Below are positions 41,335 to 50,349 of a DNA stretch of 64,000 nt, one piece after another. Below the pieces are notes generated by a model, which searched no databases, was not told where the DNA came from, and was given only the letters and a program-made list of their open reading frames with translations. The DNA comes from a bacterium (lineage in GTDB: Bacteria > Patescibacteriota > Microgenomatia > JAMCZE01). Positions within the stretch are counted from its first letter, which is position 1. Each line of letters begins with the position of its first letter. The position numbers and the translations under genes are program-made. The DNA is taken from assembly GCA_021836035.1 (NCBI GenBank), contig JAKBJL010000004.1:131841-195840 (forward strand). Reading direction: 5' to 3'.

Positions 41335-43917
41335 ATGGGAAACATAAACTGGCACAATCTGGAGGCGGGGTATTTATTAAGTCATTTCTCTTCTTATTCA
41401 GAATTACTTAAAGAAAGTTTATTTTCTGTCTCTTCCCGTTATTTTTTCCTCTCCCCTTCTTTTCTACTTTTGATATCCATAGCGCTCTCCCTTCTTATCG
41501 TTATTCGCAGGCTTTTTATCCTAAAAAGATCGCTGAGTGAAGAACCGGTATTTCTGGAACTGACCCCGCCGGCCCTCACCGATAAAACCTCTTATACCAC
41601 CGCCCGGCTTTTCTCCGTCGTCCACGAACTGGGGAAGATTGGGTACCCGGGCGATAAGCTTTTAGGTAAAAAGACCGTTTTTTCTTTTGAAATCTCCTCC
41701 ACCCTTAAGCAGGGTATTCGCTATTTCATACGGACTACCCGGACCGAAGAAGATAACATCAAAAAAAGCCTTTTAGCCTACCTTCCCCAAATAAGCGTTA
41801 AAGAAGCGACTGATTACCTGCCGGGAAAGGCCGGCGGTTTATTTTGCCTAAAAGTACTTGAATTTAAACTCAACCGCCACTTTGCCTTTCCCCTTAAAAA
41901 ACAGAATGTTTTGGAAGAACACGATCCCCTCGCCTACATAACCGGCATGATGACCAAGCTCAAACCCGGGGAATTAGTCTCTTTCCAAATTGTCCTGTCT
42001 CCGGTTCAGCCAAAGGAAACAGAGACTATCTCCGACAAGATTCTTCACGGCGATGATGTATTTAAGTATCTGGAAAGAATACCTCTACCGTCGCTTTTTA
42101 AACCGCTAACCTATGGCTTATCGCTTTTGTCTAAACTGCTGCATCCTTTCGCTGCCCTACCAAAAAGAACCTATAACACCTTCGAACAACAGGCGGTAAA
42201 AAGCATTCAGGAGAAAATCGAACAACCGCTTTTTGAGACTTCGGTCAGATTATTGCTTATGGTAAAGAACAAAAATCAGATAAGGGAAAGAAAAAACGGT
42301 TTTGTTTCCTCCTTGGCCACTTTCTCTGTGCCTAAATATCAGGCTTTTAAGGCCAAATATAATCTTCTGCCCTGGATCCTGGACAAAATTAACCTTTTTA
42401 ACTTCCAAAAGAGACGGTTGTCTTGGCTTTTAAATTCCAGTCCCGTGTATCTTTCTTTAGCTGAGGTTTCCGACCTCTATCACTTTCCATTTAAGAGGGT
42501 CACCCAGACAGAAGACCTGGTAAAAGTGTATGCCAAAGACCTTCCCGCGCCGTTATCGTTGAAAAACACCAAGCTTGATTATGTTTTTGCTAAAAACAGC
42601 TTCGGAGGTACGGTTACCGATATCGGGCTAACAGACAAGGAGAGGGAAAAACACGTGTACATTATCGGCGCTACCGGCACCGGCAAGACCACGATGATTA
42701 TGTCCATGGCCAATAATGACTTGAAAAACGGTAAGGGACTGTGTGTTATTGACCCTCACGGCGACCTGGCTGAAAGTATTATCGCCTGTGTTCCGGATGA
42801 AAGAATTTCGGATTTTATCTACTTTAACCCGGACGATATCAAATATCCCATCGGGCTAAATCTCTTGGAACTGACTCCCGGACTGGATGAAGACGAGCTT
42901 TTAAGGGAAAAAGAGCTGATTACCGAAAGCGTGGTGTCCCTGTTTAGGAAAATCTTCTCCGAAGTCTGGTCTGCCCATGCCCATAGGATTGAATATATCT
43001 TAAGAAACACCATCCAGACAGCTTTGTGCCTGAAAGATCCGACCATCTTTACCGCCTACCGCCTTTTGACCGATCCGGAGTTTCAAAAATCGGCTATGCA
43101 TGATGTCACGGATGAAAATTTGAAAAACTTCTGGAAAAACGAGTTTGGCAAGGCCGGCGATTTCCAGAAAGTGAAAATGATCGGGCCAATTACTTCAAGA
43201 ATCGGACGTCTTCTATTTTCTCCATCTGCTAAAAGGATTTTGGAACAGCCCAGGTCAACGATTAACTTTGATGAGATCCTGGACAAGGGAAAAATCCTGG
43301 TTTGCAACTTGTCTAAAGGCCGCCTGGGAGAGGATACGTCAGAAGTTTTGGGAATTATGATTTTAACTAAAATCCAGCTGGCTTCTCTTAAGAGGGCACG
43401 GATCGATGAAGGGAAAAGAAGTCCTTATTACGTTTACGTTGACGAATTCCAAACCTTTGCCACCCCGTCTTTTATCCAGATGATATCTGAGTCGAGAAAA
43501 TACAAGGTTTACCTCGTCATGGCCGAGCAGTCCACTTCCCAGCAAAAAGACCGCAATATAACAAACGTCATAATCGCCAACGTCGGAACAGTCATAAGTT
43601 TTCGAAGCGCCAACCCGGAGGATGAAAAACTGATGCTTCCGCAGTTTGAACCGTATGTTGATAAGGGAGAAATTACCAATCTGCCATCCTTCAAGTTCTA
43701 CATGAAGATATCAGCCATTACTCCCCGGGAACCTTTCTCCGGGGAAACGATTTTAACTCCGGTAAATAAGGATAAAGACCGGTGTACGTCGCTTATCCAA
43801 TCCTCGCGCAATTTGTATGCCAAAGAATATCTCGCTCCGGTTGCAACCAAAGTTATTCCCAGAGCAAAAAAGCCCGGAAAAGAAGAAGTTTTTGAATCGA
43901 TAAGCGTCCTGACTTAA
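41335..43917 (+). CDS. type IV coupling protein-like P-loop ATPase (VirD4/TraD/TraG superfamily)
   Basis: 860 aa with an N-terminal TM segment, Walker A IIGATGTGKTTMI, VIDPHGD and Walker B YVYVDEFQTF. Confidence 0.6.
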   Translation: MGNINWHNLEAGYLLSHFSSYSELLKESLFSVSSRYFFLSPSFLLLISIALSLLIVIRRLFILKRSLSEEPVFLELTPPALTDKTSYTTARLFSVVHELGKIGYPGDKLLGKKTVFSFEISSTLKQGIRYFIRTTRTEEDNIKKSLLAYLPQISVKEATDYLPGKAGGLFCLKVLEFKLNRHFAFPLKKQNVLEEHDPLAYITGMMTKLKPGELVSFQIVLSPVQPKETETISDKILHGDDVFKYLERIPLPSLFKPLTYGLSLLSKLLHPFAALPKRTYNTFEQQAVKSIQEKIEQPLFETSVRLLLMVKNKNQIRERKNGFVSSLATFSVPKYQAFKAKYNLLPWILDKINLFNFQKRRLSWLLNSSPVYLSLAEVSDLYHFPFKRVTQTEDLVKVYAKDLPAPLSLKNTKLDYVFAKNSFGGTVTDIGLTDKEREKHVYIIGATGTGKTTMIMSMANNDLKNGKGLCVIDPHGDLAESIIACVPDERISDFIYFNPDDIKYPIGLNLLELTPGLDEDELLREKELITESVVSLFRKIFSEVWSAHAHRIEYILRNTIQTALCLKDPTIFTAYRLLTDPEFQKSAMHDVTDENLKNFWKNEFGKAGDFQKVKMIGPITSRIGRLLFSPSAKRILEQPRSTINFDEILDKGKILVCNLSKGRLGEDTSEVLGIMILTKIQLASLKRARIDEGKRSPYYVYVDEFQTFATPSFIQMISESRKYKVYLVMAEQSTSQQKDRNITNVIIANVGTVISFRSANPEDEKLMLPQFEPYVDKGEITNLPSFKFYMKISAITPREPFSGETILTPVNKDKDRCTSLIQSSRNLYAKEYLAPVATKVIPRAKKPGKEEVFESISVLT

Positions 43918-43983
43918 GTAATTTCAGTGTCAGACCTTTGACACCGGATCTAATTAAAATTGAGGCTAACCAGCTAAAAAGTC

Positions 43984-44838
43984 TTGTCTATATATTACTT
44001 ATACAAGTATAAGGAGAGAAACAATATAAAAGCTGTTAAGGAACAAAAAAATATGAAGACTCCCCCTAAACTAAATCCCAGACTTGAAGAGATCCTCCTT
44101 CTAATTTACCGATTCCGATTTCTAACTACTTCTCAAATTCAAATCCTTCTTAATCATAAATATCACAGCCGTGTCAATCTCTGGCTAAATCAATTAACCG
44201 CTAGAAATTATCTCAAGCGCTACTATAACTTAAAATTTGCCGGTGAGCCAGCTTTATACTCTTTGGGAACTGCCGGAAGAAAATATTTCAAAACCCACAA
44301 AGAAATTAACAGAATAAAATTGTCGCTTCTTGATAGGGTTTGGACGGAGTACCGTAATTCCTCCCAATTTAAGCGTAACTGCCTGTTGCTGGCTGATATT
44401 TATATCTCCCTTTTAAGTTTAGCTAATAAAGCAAAAGCCAAGCTGGGTTTTTATTCCAAAGTCGATCTTTTCGGCATGAAATTTATGGTTTTGCCCGAAC
44501 CATCGTGTTATTTTTCCCTGGAAGACCAAAACGGCGTAACCAAACGCTATTTTCTGGATATCTTTGACTACTTTGTTCCCAAAGACCTTTTTAAACGGAT
44601 TAAAAAATACCTCTACTACTTTGAAAAACGCTACTGGCAGGACCATACCGACAAAACCTTCCCGGAGATAATCCTGGTCTGTCCCAATAAAGCGGCAAGA
44701 ACTTATCTGGAGAAAACCATCAGGGGCAACCTTGAAGATAAAGATTATTCCCTAACATTTTACTTGGCCTTGACAGAAGATATTCAGCAAAAAGGATTAA
44801 ACAGACAGGTATTACAAAAAGTAGAAATTCAATATTAA
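43984..44838 (+). CDS. replication-relaxation (Replic_Relax) family protein, putative relaxase/mobilisation protein
   Basis: An N-terminal wHTH-like LNPRLEEILLLIYRFRFLTTSQIQILL is typical of the Replic_Relax family. It sits directly downstream of the coupling ATPase. Confidence 0.5.
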   Translation: MSIYYLYKYKERNNIKAVKEQKNMKTPPKLNPRLEEILLLIYRFRFLTTSQIQILLNHKYHSRVNLWLNQLTARNYLKRYYNLKFAGEPALYSLGTAGRKYFKTHKEINRIKLSLLDRVWTEYRNSSQFKRNCLLLADIYISLLSLANKAKAKLGFYSKVDLFGMKFMVLPEPSCYFSLEDQNGVTKRYFLDIFDYFVPKDLFKRIKKYLYYFEKRYWQDHTDKTFPEIILVCPNKAARTYLEKTIRGNLEDKDYSLTFYLALTEDIQQKGLNRQVLQKVEIQY

Positions 44839-44875
44839 ATGAAATAGTGGCAGTAAAAATTGATACAATTTAGAT

Positions 44876-45733
44876 ATGAATTGGATAATTGCCAGCTTAG
44901 TAATGTTCGTTTCCTCGGTAGTGATGTATTTGTTTATCCGTAAATCGGCTTTACTAAAACTTCCTTCTCAATATAACAACCTCGCAATGTTTGGGATACC
45001 ATTATTCGTCTTTATTACCATAGGGTTGTTTTCAAAACAAAATTTCATAATTCCTTTTAACTATCTTCTCGCTATCTTTATAATTTCTATATTATTTAGT
45101 TATCTTGGAAACGTATTTTCTTTAATTAGTATCGAACGGTCTCCCAATCCTGGTTACAGCTTAGTAATCTCAAAAAGCTATGTAGTATTTACGACCATAC
45201 TTTCCGTTTTGTTCTTCAATTCCGAGTTGTCCATCAAGAAAGGGATCGCAATACTTCTTATCGTCGTATTTTCTGCACTCATAATGTTGTCGCAAAAATC
45301 TATAAAAAAAGTCTCTAACAATAGGTGGCTGTTCCTTGCTTTTGGAGCGTTTTTTTGCTGGGGCTTCTTATCTTTAGCCTCTAAATATATGTTTAACTTA
45401 GGGGTTGGGCTTTACGTATTTTTGTCTTATACCTACCTTTTCGTAAGTATTTGTATATTAATTGAAATGCATATTAAGAAAATGTCCCTCAAGTCATTTG
45501 TAAAGAATCCTTGGCAATTTTTATTAATCGGTCTTGCCTCGATTGGGTTCAATCTTTTTCTTTTCTTGGCAATAAAGCTGGCTCCAAATGTTGGATATGT
45601 TAATGCAATTAACGCTGGCTCAATTTCCGCGGTAACGGTACTAGCGATTTTATTATTTAAAGATGAATTTTCACTACGAAAGCTTGTTGGTGTAATTGGG
45701 GTTACAGCCGGACTTTTGATGCTGTTAATTTAG
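44876..45733 (+). CDS. polytopic membrane protein, DMT/EamA-like
   Basis: 285 aa with about 10 TM helices arranged as two similar halves. Confidence 0.35.
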   Translation: MNWIIASLVMFVSSVVMYLFIRKSALLKLPSQYNNLAMFGIPLFVFITIGLFSKQNFIIPFNYLLAIFIISILFSYLGNVFSLISIERSPNPGYSLVISKSYVVFTTILSVLFFNSELSIKKGIAILLIVVFSALIMLSQKSIKKVSNNRWLFLAFGAFFCWGFLSLASKYMFNLGVGLYVFLSYTYLFVSICILIEMHIKKMSLKSFVKNPWQFLLIGLASIGFNLFLFLAIKLAPNVGYVNAINAGSISAVTVLAILLFKDEFSLRKLVGVIGVTAGLLMLLI

Positions 45734-45800
45734 ACCAAAAAACCGCAAGCGAGAGGGGTTAGTCTCCCGCCTGCGGTTGAAAACTCACTTGCTCATGATT
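45733..45800 (-). terminator. repeat element Y copy 1: hairpin + T-run on minus strand, carrying the 3' tail (IMSK*) of a lost DUF2958-like gene
   Basis: gaccaaaaaaccgcaagcg..cgcctgcggtt..ctcacttgctcatgat is near-identical to the element at 47498..47551. Read on minus it gives ATCATGAGCAAGTGA = I-M-S-K-stop, a hairpin and a TTTTTT run. Confidence 0.5.
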
Positions 45801-45897
45801 TTGTTAATCGACAAATTTCAATGCATGGCTCTATCTTATGCAAGATATTTGTTTTACTTTTATAGTAAAGCCAGGAAATTTATTGATTCTTTTAGTA

Positions 45898-45925
45898 TTG
45901 ACAATATATCATATTATGATATAAT
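45898..45925 (+). promoter_or_regulatory. sigma-70-like promoter for AbiEi gene (TTGACA-N16-TATAAT), apparently leaderless
   Basis: ttgaca atatatcatattatga tataat cagcat ATG; the -10 ends 6 nt before the start codon. Confidence 0.45.
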
Positions 45926-45931
45926 CAGCAT

Positions 45932-46714
45932 ATGAAAAGAACTTTACTTACATCCCGGGATTCAGCTATTCTTGAGGAAGCTTTGGCTAAATTCGGGAAT
46001 ATTGTGACAACCCGCGATCTTTACAGCATCCTTAAAGACGCCTCAAAAGCTCAAGCTTTAAATATCATTAGCAGGTTAGCCAAAAGAGGCTGGTTAGTTC
46101 GTATAAAGCACGGTACTTATAGTATTGCAGATTTAACTTCGCGGGGTTATTTAGATGCTTCACAGTTGGTAGTTGCCCAAACAATTTGTAGCAATTCCTA
46201 TGTGACTATGGAGGCGGCGCTCGGTTATCACGGTATGTTTGACCAGTTATTAAGTACCATAACCTCAGTTTCTCTTGCTCAAATACGAACAACTAATTCC
46301 GGCAGCAGCAACTACCATTATATCTCGACGCAAAATCACTTCTTTTACGGTTTTGACGAGGTAACTATCGAAGGAAAACAAGTAAAAATTGCCACAATTG
46401 AAAAAGCCCTCATCGATCTTATTCAGTTTAATCGATCAATATACTCGGTCGATTTAGTTATCGAAAAAATGCAAACTTATAAAGATAAAATAAATTTCAA
46501 TCGGCTGGCGAGCTATTTAGAAAAATCCACAACCGCAACTACGCGTATATTCGGGTATATTTTTGATCTGCTTGGGATAAAAAGTTCCAGTCTTGATAAT
46601 ATAGTCAAAGAAGATACAAGTACGACATATCTTTCCAAAGACAGCGGGGTGTATCAGGCGAAATGGAGGTTATATATAGATAAATATTTTGACAAATATT
46701 CACAAAGTGCATGA
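45932..46714 (+). CDS. AbiEi-family antitoxin-like protein (type IV TA / abortive infection)
   Basis: An N-terminal wHTH (SRDSAILEEALAKFGNIVTTRDLYSIL) plus a C-terminal domain. It overlaps by 4 nt with a downstream AbiEii-type gene. Confidence 0.55.
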   Translation: MKRTLLTSRDSAILEEALAKFGNIVTTRDLYSILKDASKAQALNIISRLAKRGWLVRIKHGTYSIADLTSRGYLDASQLVVAQTICSNSYVTMEAALGYHGMFDQLLSTITSVSLAQIRTTNSGSSNYHYISTQNHFFYGFDEVTIEGKQVKIATIEKALIDLIQFNRSIYSVDLVIEKMQTYKDKINFNRLASYLEKSTTATTRIFGYIFDLLGIKSSSLDNIVKEDTSTTYLSKDSGVYQAKWRLYIDKYFDKYSQSA

Positions 46715-47475
46715 ATACCACTGTTCTTAGCCGGCAACAGTTAACGATAATTAACAGGAAAACATTAAGATACCCGCTTCATATTGCGGAAAAGGATTAT
46801 TTTCTAGCTTTTGTCATGCAGATTATTTCCAGATCAACTTTAGGGCAAAGTTTGGTGTTTAAAGGTGGCACCGCTTTACACCACTGTTTTTTAAATCAAT
46901 ATCGCTTCTCCGAAGACCTGGATTTTTCCGCTAATAGGTCTCCGGTATCACTTGATCGGGTGCGGACAATGTTTGCCGGAGTTGATTGCTTAACTATTAA
47001 AAAAGACTATCTGTCAAATGCCACAATTAAAATTGAAAAACTGCAGTACACTGGACCATTAATTCAACCCAATTCCCTTAAAGTAGAAATTGATTTTCTT
47101 CAGGATGTACTTTTACCTTCGAAATCCATGAAATATCAAAATGTTTGGGGAATTGATTTTAAAGTCAATGCTATGGACCAAAAAGAAATTTGCGCCGAAA
47201 AAATACGCGCCATGAGCGACCGTGCCCGCTATCGTGATTTTTATGATTTATACCTCCTTTTCGAAAAATACCAACCTGATATACATGAAATAATAGAGTA
47301 TGTTAAACAAAAAGAAATCAGGCGTCCCATTACCAAAGAAAATATTATTAATAACTGGAAAGTTGTTAACTCTCAAAAAGTGCAAGAAATGAGCCGGATT
47401 TATTTCTCAAAAGATGTAGCTGATACACGGATAAAAGCAATGATTGATATGCTTCCGTTCACAACAATAGACTAA
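46711..47475 (+). CDS. AbiEii/AbiGii-family nucleotidyltransferase toxin (DUF1814)
   Basis: Signature LVFKGGTALHHCFLNQYRFSEDLDFS (KGGTAL...RxSxDLDF). Confidence 0.7.
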   Translation: MNTTVLSRQQLTIINRKTLRYPLHIAEKDYFLAFVMQIISRSTLGQSLVFKGGTALHHCFLNQYRFSEDLDFSANRSPVSLDRVRTMFAGVDCLTIKKDYLSNATIKIEKLQYTGPLIQPNSLKVEIDFLQDVLLPSKSMKYQNVWGIDFKVNAMDQKEICAEKIRAMSDRARYRDFYDLYLLFEKYQPDIHEIIEYVKQKEIRRPITKENIINNWKVVNSQKVQEMSRIYFSKDVADTRIKAMIDMLPFTTID

Positions 47476-47497
47476 AAATTTGAAAGATAAAACTTTA

Positions 47498-47545
47498 GAC
47501 CAAAAAACCGCAGGCAAGAGTTGTCAGTTCCCACCTGCGGTTATA
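47498..47545 (-). terminator. repeat element Y copy 2: rho-independent terminator of the DUF2958 gene
   Basis: A 9-bp stem aaccgcagg/cctgcggtt followed on minus by TTTTTT, immediately after the stop at 47549. Confidence 0.55.
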
Positions 47546-47548
47546 AGC

Positions 47549-47842
47549 TCACTTGCTCATGATCTCTGACAAGTGACAAGGCTTGAAATAGCGATCCCGT
47601 TCCACCGGCAATCCCAGCTTGCCCCGGTTGGAAGTAAGTTCGCTTAGGCTAAAGTAGCCCAGCTCCTTCTCAAACCCATCGACCAATCCGAAGAACTGGT
47701 CACGGCCATCAAACTCAATGGCGTACCAGGTCCAGGAAAAGTCCGGATAGAAGAACTTACAAATTATCATGGGATCTTTAACTTCCTCCTGGGAATAAAG
47801 CGGGGGCAGTTTTTCCAGAATATCTTTAGTCAAAAGCTGCAT
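47549..47842 (-). CDS. DUF2958-family protein (plasmid/ICE-associated)
   Basis: 97 aa from the ATG preceded by GGAGGTG. The ORF track extends it to a TTG at 47857. The pattern W.WY..EFDG...FGLV.G.E.ELGYFSL.EL resembles DUF2958. Confidence 0.45.
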   Translation of the reverse strand: MQLLTKDILEKLPPLYSQEEVKDPMIICKFFYPDFSWTWYAIEFDGRDQFFGLVDGFEKELGYFSLSELTSNRGKLGLPVERDRYFKPCHLSEIMSK

Positions 47843-47861
47843 CTTTATCACCTCCAATCTA

Positions 47862-47950
47862 AAAAATACGGATAGGAACTTTGTCCTGTCCGTTAAATTG
47901 GGGGCATGGGGTGAAAAGCGGGTGTCAAAAGTCGAAGCAAAGCGAGAGGA
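47862..47950 (-). promoter_or_regulatory. repeat element X copy A' (diverged), 5' leader of DUF2958 gene
   Basis: On minus it reads cttttgacacccgcttttcaccccatgcccccaatttaacGGACAGGACAAAGttcc, i.e. TTGACA plus a conserved GGACAGGACAAAG leader ending at the RBS. It forms a 16-bp inverted repeat with copy A. Confidence 0.45.
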
Positions 47951-47999
47951 TTTTAACGCCTGTCAGAAAAATGCCAACATCAGTAATAAGTCTTATTAA

Positions 48000-48088
48000 A
48001 ACCGCATTTTTCTACAGGCTTAAATACCCACCTTTTGACAGCCGGTTTGAACCCCATAAAATAAGAAGACAAGGACAGGACAAAGTTC
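48000..48088 (+). promoter_or_regulatory. repeat element X copy A: TTGACA-N16-TAAAAT promoter + CAAGGACAGGACAAAG leader, upstream of second AbiE pair
   Basis: ggcttaaatacccaccTTTTGACAgccggtttgaaccccaTAAAATaagaagaCAAGGACAGGACAAAG. Confidence 0.5.
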
Positions 48089-48237
48089 TAAAAGGGTTTA
48101 GGAATACTTTATCCCTAAGATAATAAAAACATTTATATAATCGATTCCACTTTTGCCGGCATTCCTCTTGACAGGGACACAAAAATAATCTTTTATGTAC
48201 TAAATATCTTAAATATTAAGATGTATAGTACATTTAT

Positions 48238-48828
48238 ATGATATCCATGGATAATGATTTTATATTATCTCTTTATCGCCGGCCGGAAACCGTTTTTAGT
48301 GTTGATGAGATCGCCCAGCTTTTTCCCCATCTATCAACGGAAAGCTTGCGTAACCGTCTCTACTATTTCAGTAAATCCGGCAAGCTGAAAAGACTTCATA
48401 CCGGAATTTATGCCAAAGAGGGCTATAATAACTTTGAACTAGTTAATAAACTGTACAAGCCTTCCTATATCAGTCTGGAAACCGTTCTTAGTCGTGGCGG
48501 AGTCATCTTTCAGTATTACGAGACCATCTTTGCCGTTTCTTATGTTACCCGGGAGGTCCGGTTAAACAACTTGGGGATACAGTATCGCCGGGTAAAAGGT
48601 CCTGTTTTAACAAACTTGACTGGAATTAATCGGGAAAACGGTTACTTTATCGCTTCATTGGAGCGGGCTTTCCTCGATGCCATTTATGTCTACAAAAACT
48701 ATCACTTTGATAATTTAAGAGGCCTTGATTGGGATAAGGTAGCTGTTTTTAAAACAATTTATAACAACGCCATTCTGGAAAAGAAAGTTGAGGAGTATTA
48801 TCAGACTTTTAAAGAAGAAAATGCTTAA
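48238..48828 (+). CDS. AbiEi-like antitoxin (second copy, divergent sequence)
   Basis: 196 aa with an N-terminal HTH-like region, a C-terminal domain, and an overlapping downstream AbiEii-type gene. Confidence 0.5.
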   Translation: MISMDNDFILSLYRRPETVFSVDEIAQLFPHLSTESLRNRLYYFSKSGKLKRLHTGIYAKEGYNNFELVNKLYKPSYISLETVLSRGGVIFQYYETIFAVSYVTREVRLNNLGIQYRRVKGPVLTNLTGINRENGYFIASLERAFLDAIYVYKNYHFDNLRGLDWDKVAVFKTIYNNAILEKKVEEYYQTFKEENA

Positions 48829-49525
48829 TATTGATTTACATCGTAATATGGAAATTTCCATATTAAAAGCAATTTATGCTGATCCTTTTTTACGCAATAT
48901 TTTAGGATTTAAAGAAGGAACAGCGGCGATGCTTTTTTACGATTTACCGCGATTTTCCGTTGATCTCGATTTTAATTTGCTCGACGAGAATAAACAATAC
49001 GAAGTTTTTGAGAAAATAAAAAAGTTGCTTTTAAACTTCGGGGTACTTGATGATGCTTCCGATAAAAAAAACACGCTTTTTTTTCTTTTAACTTACCAAA
49101 AAGGGGAAAGAAAATTGAAAATAGAAATCTCCAAAAGGCCGCTGCAGTTTGTTTACCTACCGAAAAATTATTTAGGTATTTCCATGCTGGCTATGCAGGA
49201 AAAGGACATGCTACCCGCTAAACTATCAGCTCTTTTAACCAGACGGAAGTTTGCGGCCCGGGATATGTATGATTTGTGGTTTTTCCTAAAAAACAACTGG
49301 CCGATAAATGAAAATATCCTTAAGCAGAATACCGATTTATCGGTTAAAGAAGCTTTCATGGAAGCCCAAAAAAAGATTGCGGCGGTTAAAAAAAGCGAGA
49401 TGTTGTCCGGTATAGGGGATTTACTGGATAATAAACAGAAATCCTGGGTAAAGGAAAAACTTCGTGATGAATTGATCTTTCAGTTGAAATTGCACTCACA
49501 AAACTATCAAAATAAAAGTGACTAA
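48821..49525 (+). CDS. AbiEii-family nucleotidyltransferase toxin (second copy)
   Basis: FKEGTAAMLFYDLPRFSVDLDFN. Its ATG at 48821 overlaps the upstream stop in ATGCTTAA, so the pair is probably translationally coupled. The ORF track starts at 48788. Confidence 0.65.
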   Translation: MLNIDLHRNMEISILKAIYADPFLRNILGFKEGTAAMLFYDLPRFSVDLDFNLLDENKQYEVFEKIKKLLLNFGVLDDASDKKNTLFFLLTYQKGERKLKIEISKRPLQFVYLPKNYLGISMLAMQEKDMLPAKLSALLTRRKFAARDMYDLWFFLKNNWPINENILKQNTDLSVKEAFMEAQKKIAAVKKSEMLSGIGDLLDNKQKSWVKEKLRDELIFQLKLHSQNYQNKSD

Positions 49526-49539
49526 CCCTTTTTGAACTT

Positions 49540-49704
49540 CTACCGTAGATTAAAACCGCATTTTTCTACAGGCTGAAAACCCGCCTTTTGACGGCCGGTT
49601 TGACCTTTGGGCGGATATTCCCAGGCTTTTTTAAATCCCAACTTACCATAGAAGTCGATAACTTTCTCAAAATCTGGAACATGAAGTTCGAAGATGACGT
49701 CAAA
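49540..49704 (-). pseudogene. start-less N-terminal fragment of a VOC/glyoxalase-family gene
   Basis: Minus-strand frame FDVIFELHVPDFEKVIDFYGKLGFKKAW... (VOC motif) with no start codon. Its tail overlaps repeat element X copy B. Confidence 0.35.
49553..49625 (+). repeat. repeat element X copy B (5' half conserved, 3' half diverged)
   Basis: aaaaccgcatttttctacaggctgaaaacccgccttttgacggccggtttgacc shares about 50 nt with copy A, and then diverges. Confidence 0.4.
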
Positions 49705-49718
49705 TTAAGCCAGCCTAC

Positions 49719-50207
49719 TCACCCTTTCATTGTAGCAAGTTTCTCTTCGCGCTGATCTCTGCCTTTTTTAACCAGGTCCTGAAATTTTTGGTTAAACTCC
49801 GGATCTTCAAAAACTGTTTCCGTGCCGATAACCGGTAACTCGCCATGAAGATATCCGGCACTTACCAAAGCCTGGCGGTTTTCCGGTGTGTCAAAACCCG
49901 CCAAAATCCCTTCAGGAGAAAGGGCTGTCAGCATGCTGTTATTGGCTGAATATTTTCCGCGCTGCTCTTTCTTATAGGCGGGAAATTCCGTAGATCGGGA
50001 ATAATAATCACGGTGGCCGGGATTATCCAAGCCAAGGATTAAACTTCCCTCCCCGCTTCCTGGGTGATCTCCGTGGTTAGTTATCCGGTCGTATTCTGCC
50101 TTGTCTGCAGCATTGGCAAAAGCTCTTTTGCCGGAGACATTAAGAAATTCTCCTCCGATGAGAGGTTTAAGTTCCGAAGTTAAGTTGAGGTCTTCTTTGG
50201 TATCCAT
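49719..50207 (-). CDS. hypothetical protein
   Basis: An ORF of 162 aa with no recognised motif. It sits between the second AbiE pair and the secreted tandem-domain gene. Confidence 0.3.
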   Translation of the reverse strand: MDTKEDLNLTSELKPLIGGEFLNVSGKRAFANAADKAEYDRITNHGDHPGSGEGSLILGLDNPGHRDYYSRSTEFPAYKKEQRGKYSANNSMLTALSPEGILAGFDTPENRQALVSAGYLHGELPVIGTETVFEDPEFNQKFQDLVKKGRDQREEKLATMKG

Positions 50208-50349
50208 GAACAGTTTATATCAATAAATAAGATAAAAAGCAAAAAACCTTTATATCTCGTTAACTACAATGTAATCCTCTTTAACCCAGCCGGGACGTGA
50301 ATAAATCTCCACACGGCACTCGTCATCACTTTGTGATAAGATAAGTTTA

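Noticed and set aside
47881-48123. 80-aa plus-strand ORF between the DUF2958 gene and the second AbiE pair
   Set aside because: It exactly spans the two head-to-head repeat-element-X promoter copies. The sequence conservation there is at the DNA/promoter level (TTGACA, -10, leader), not in a coding frame.
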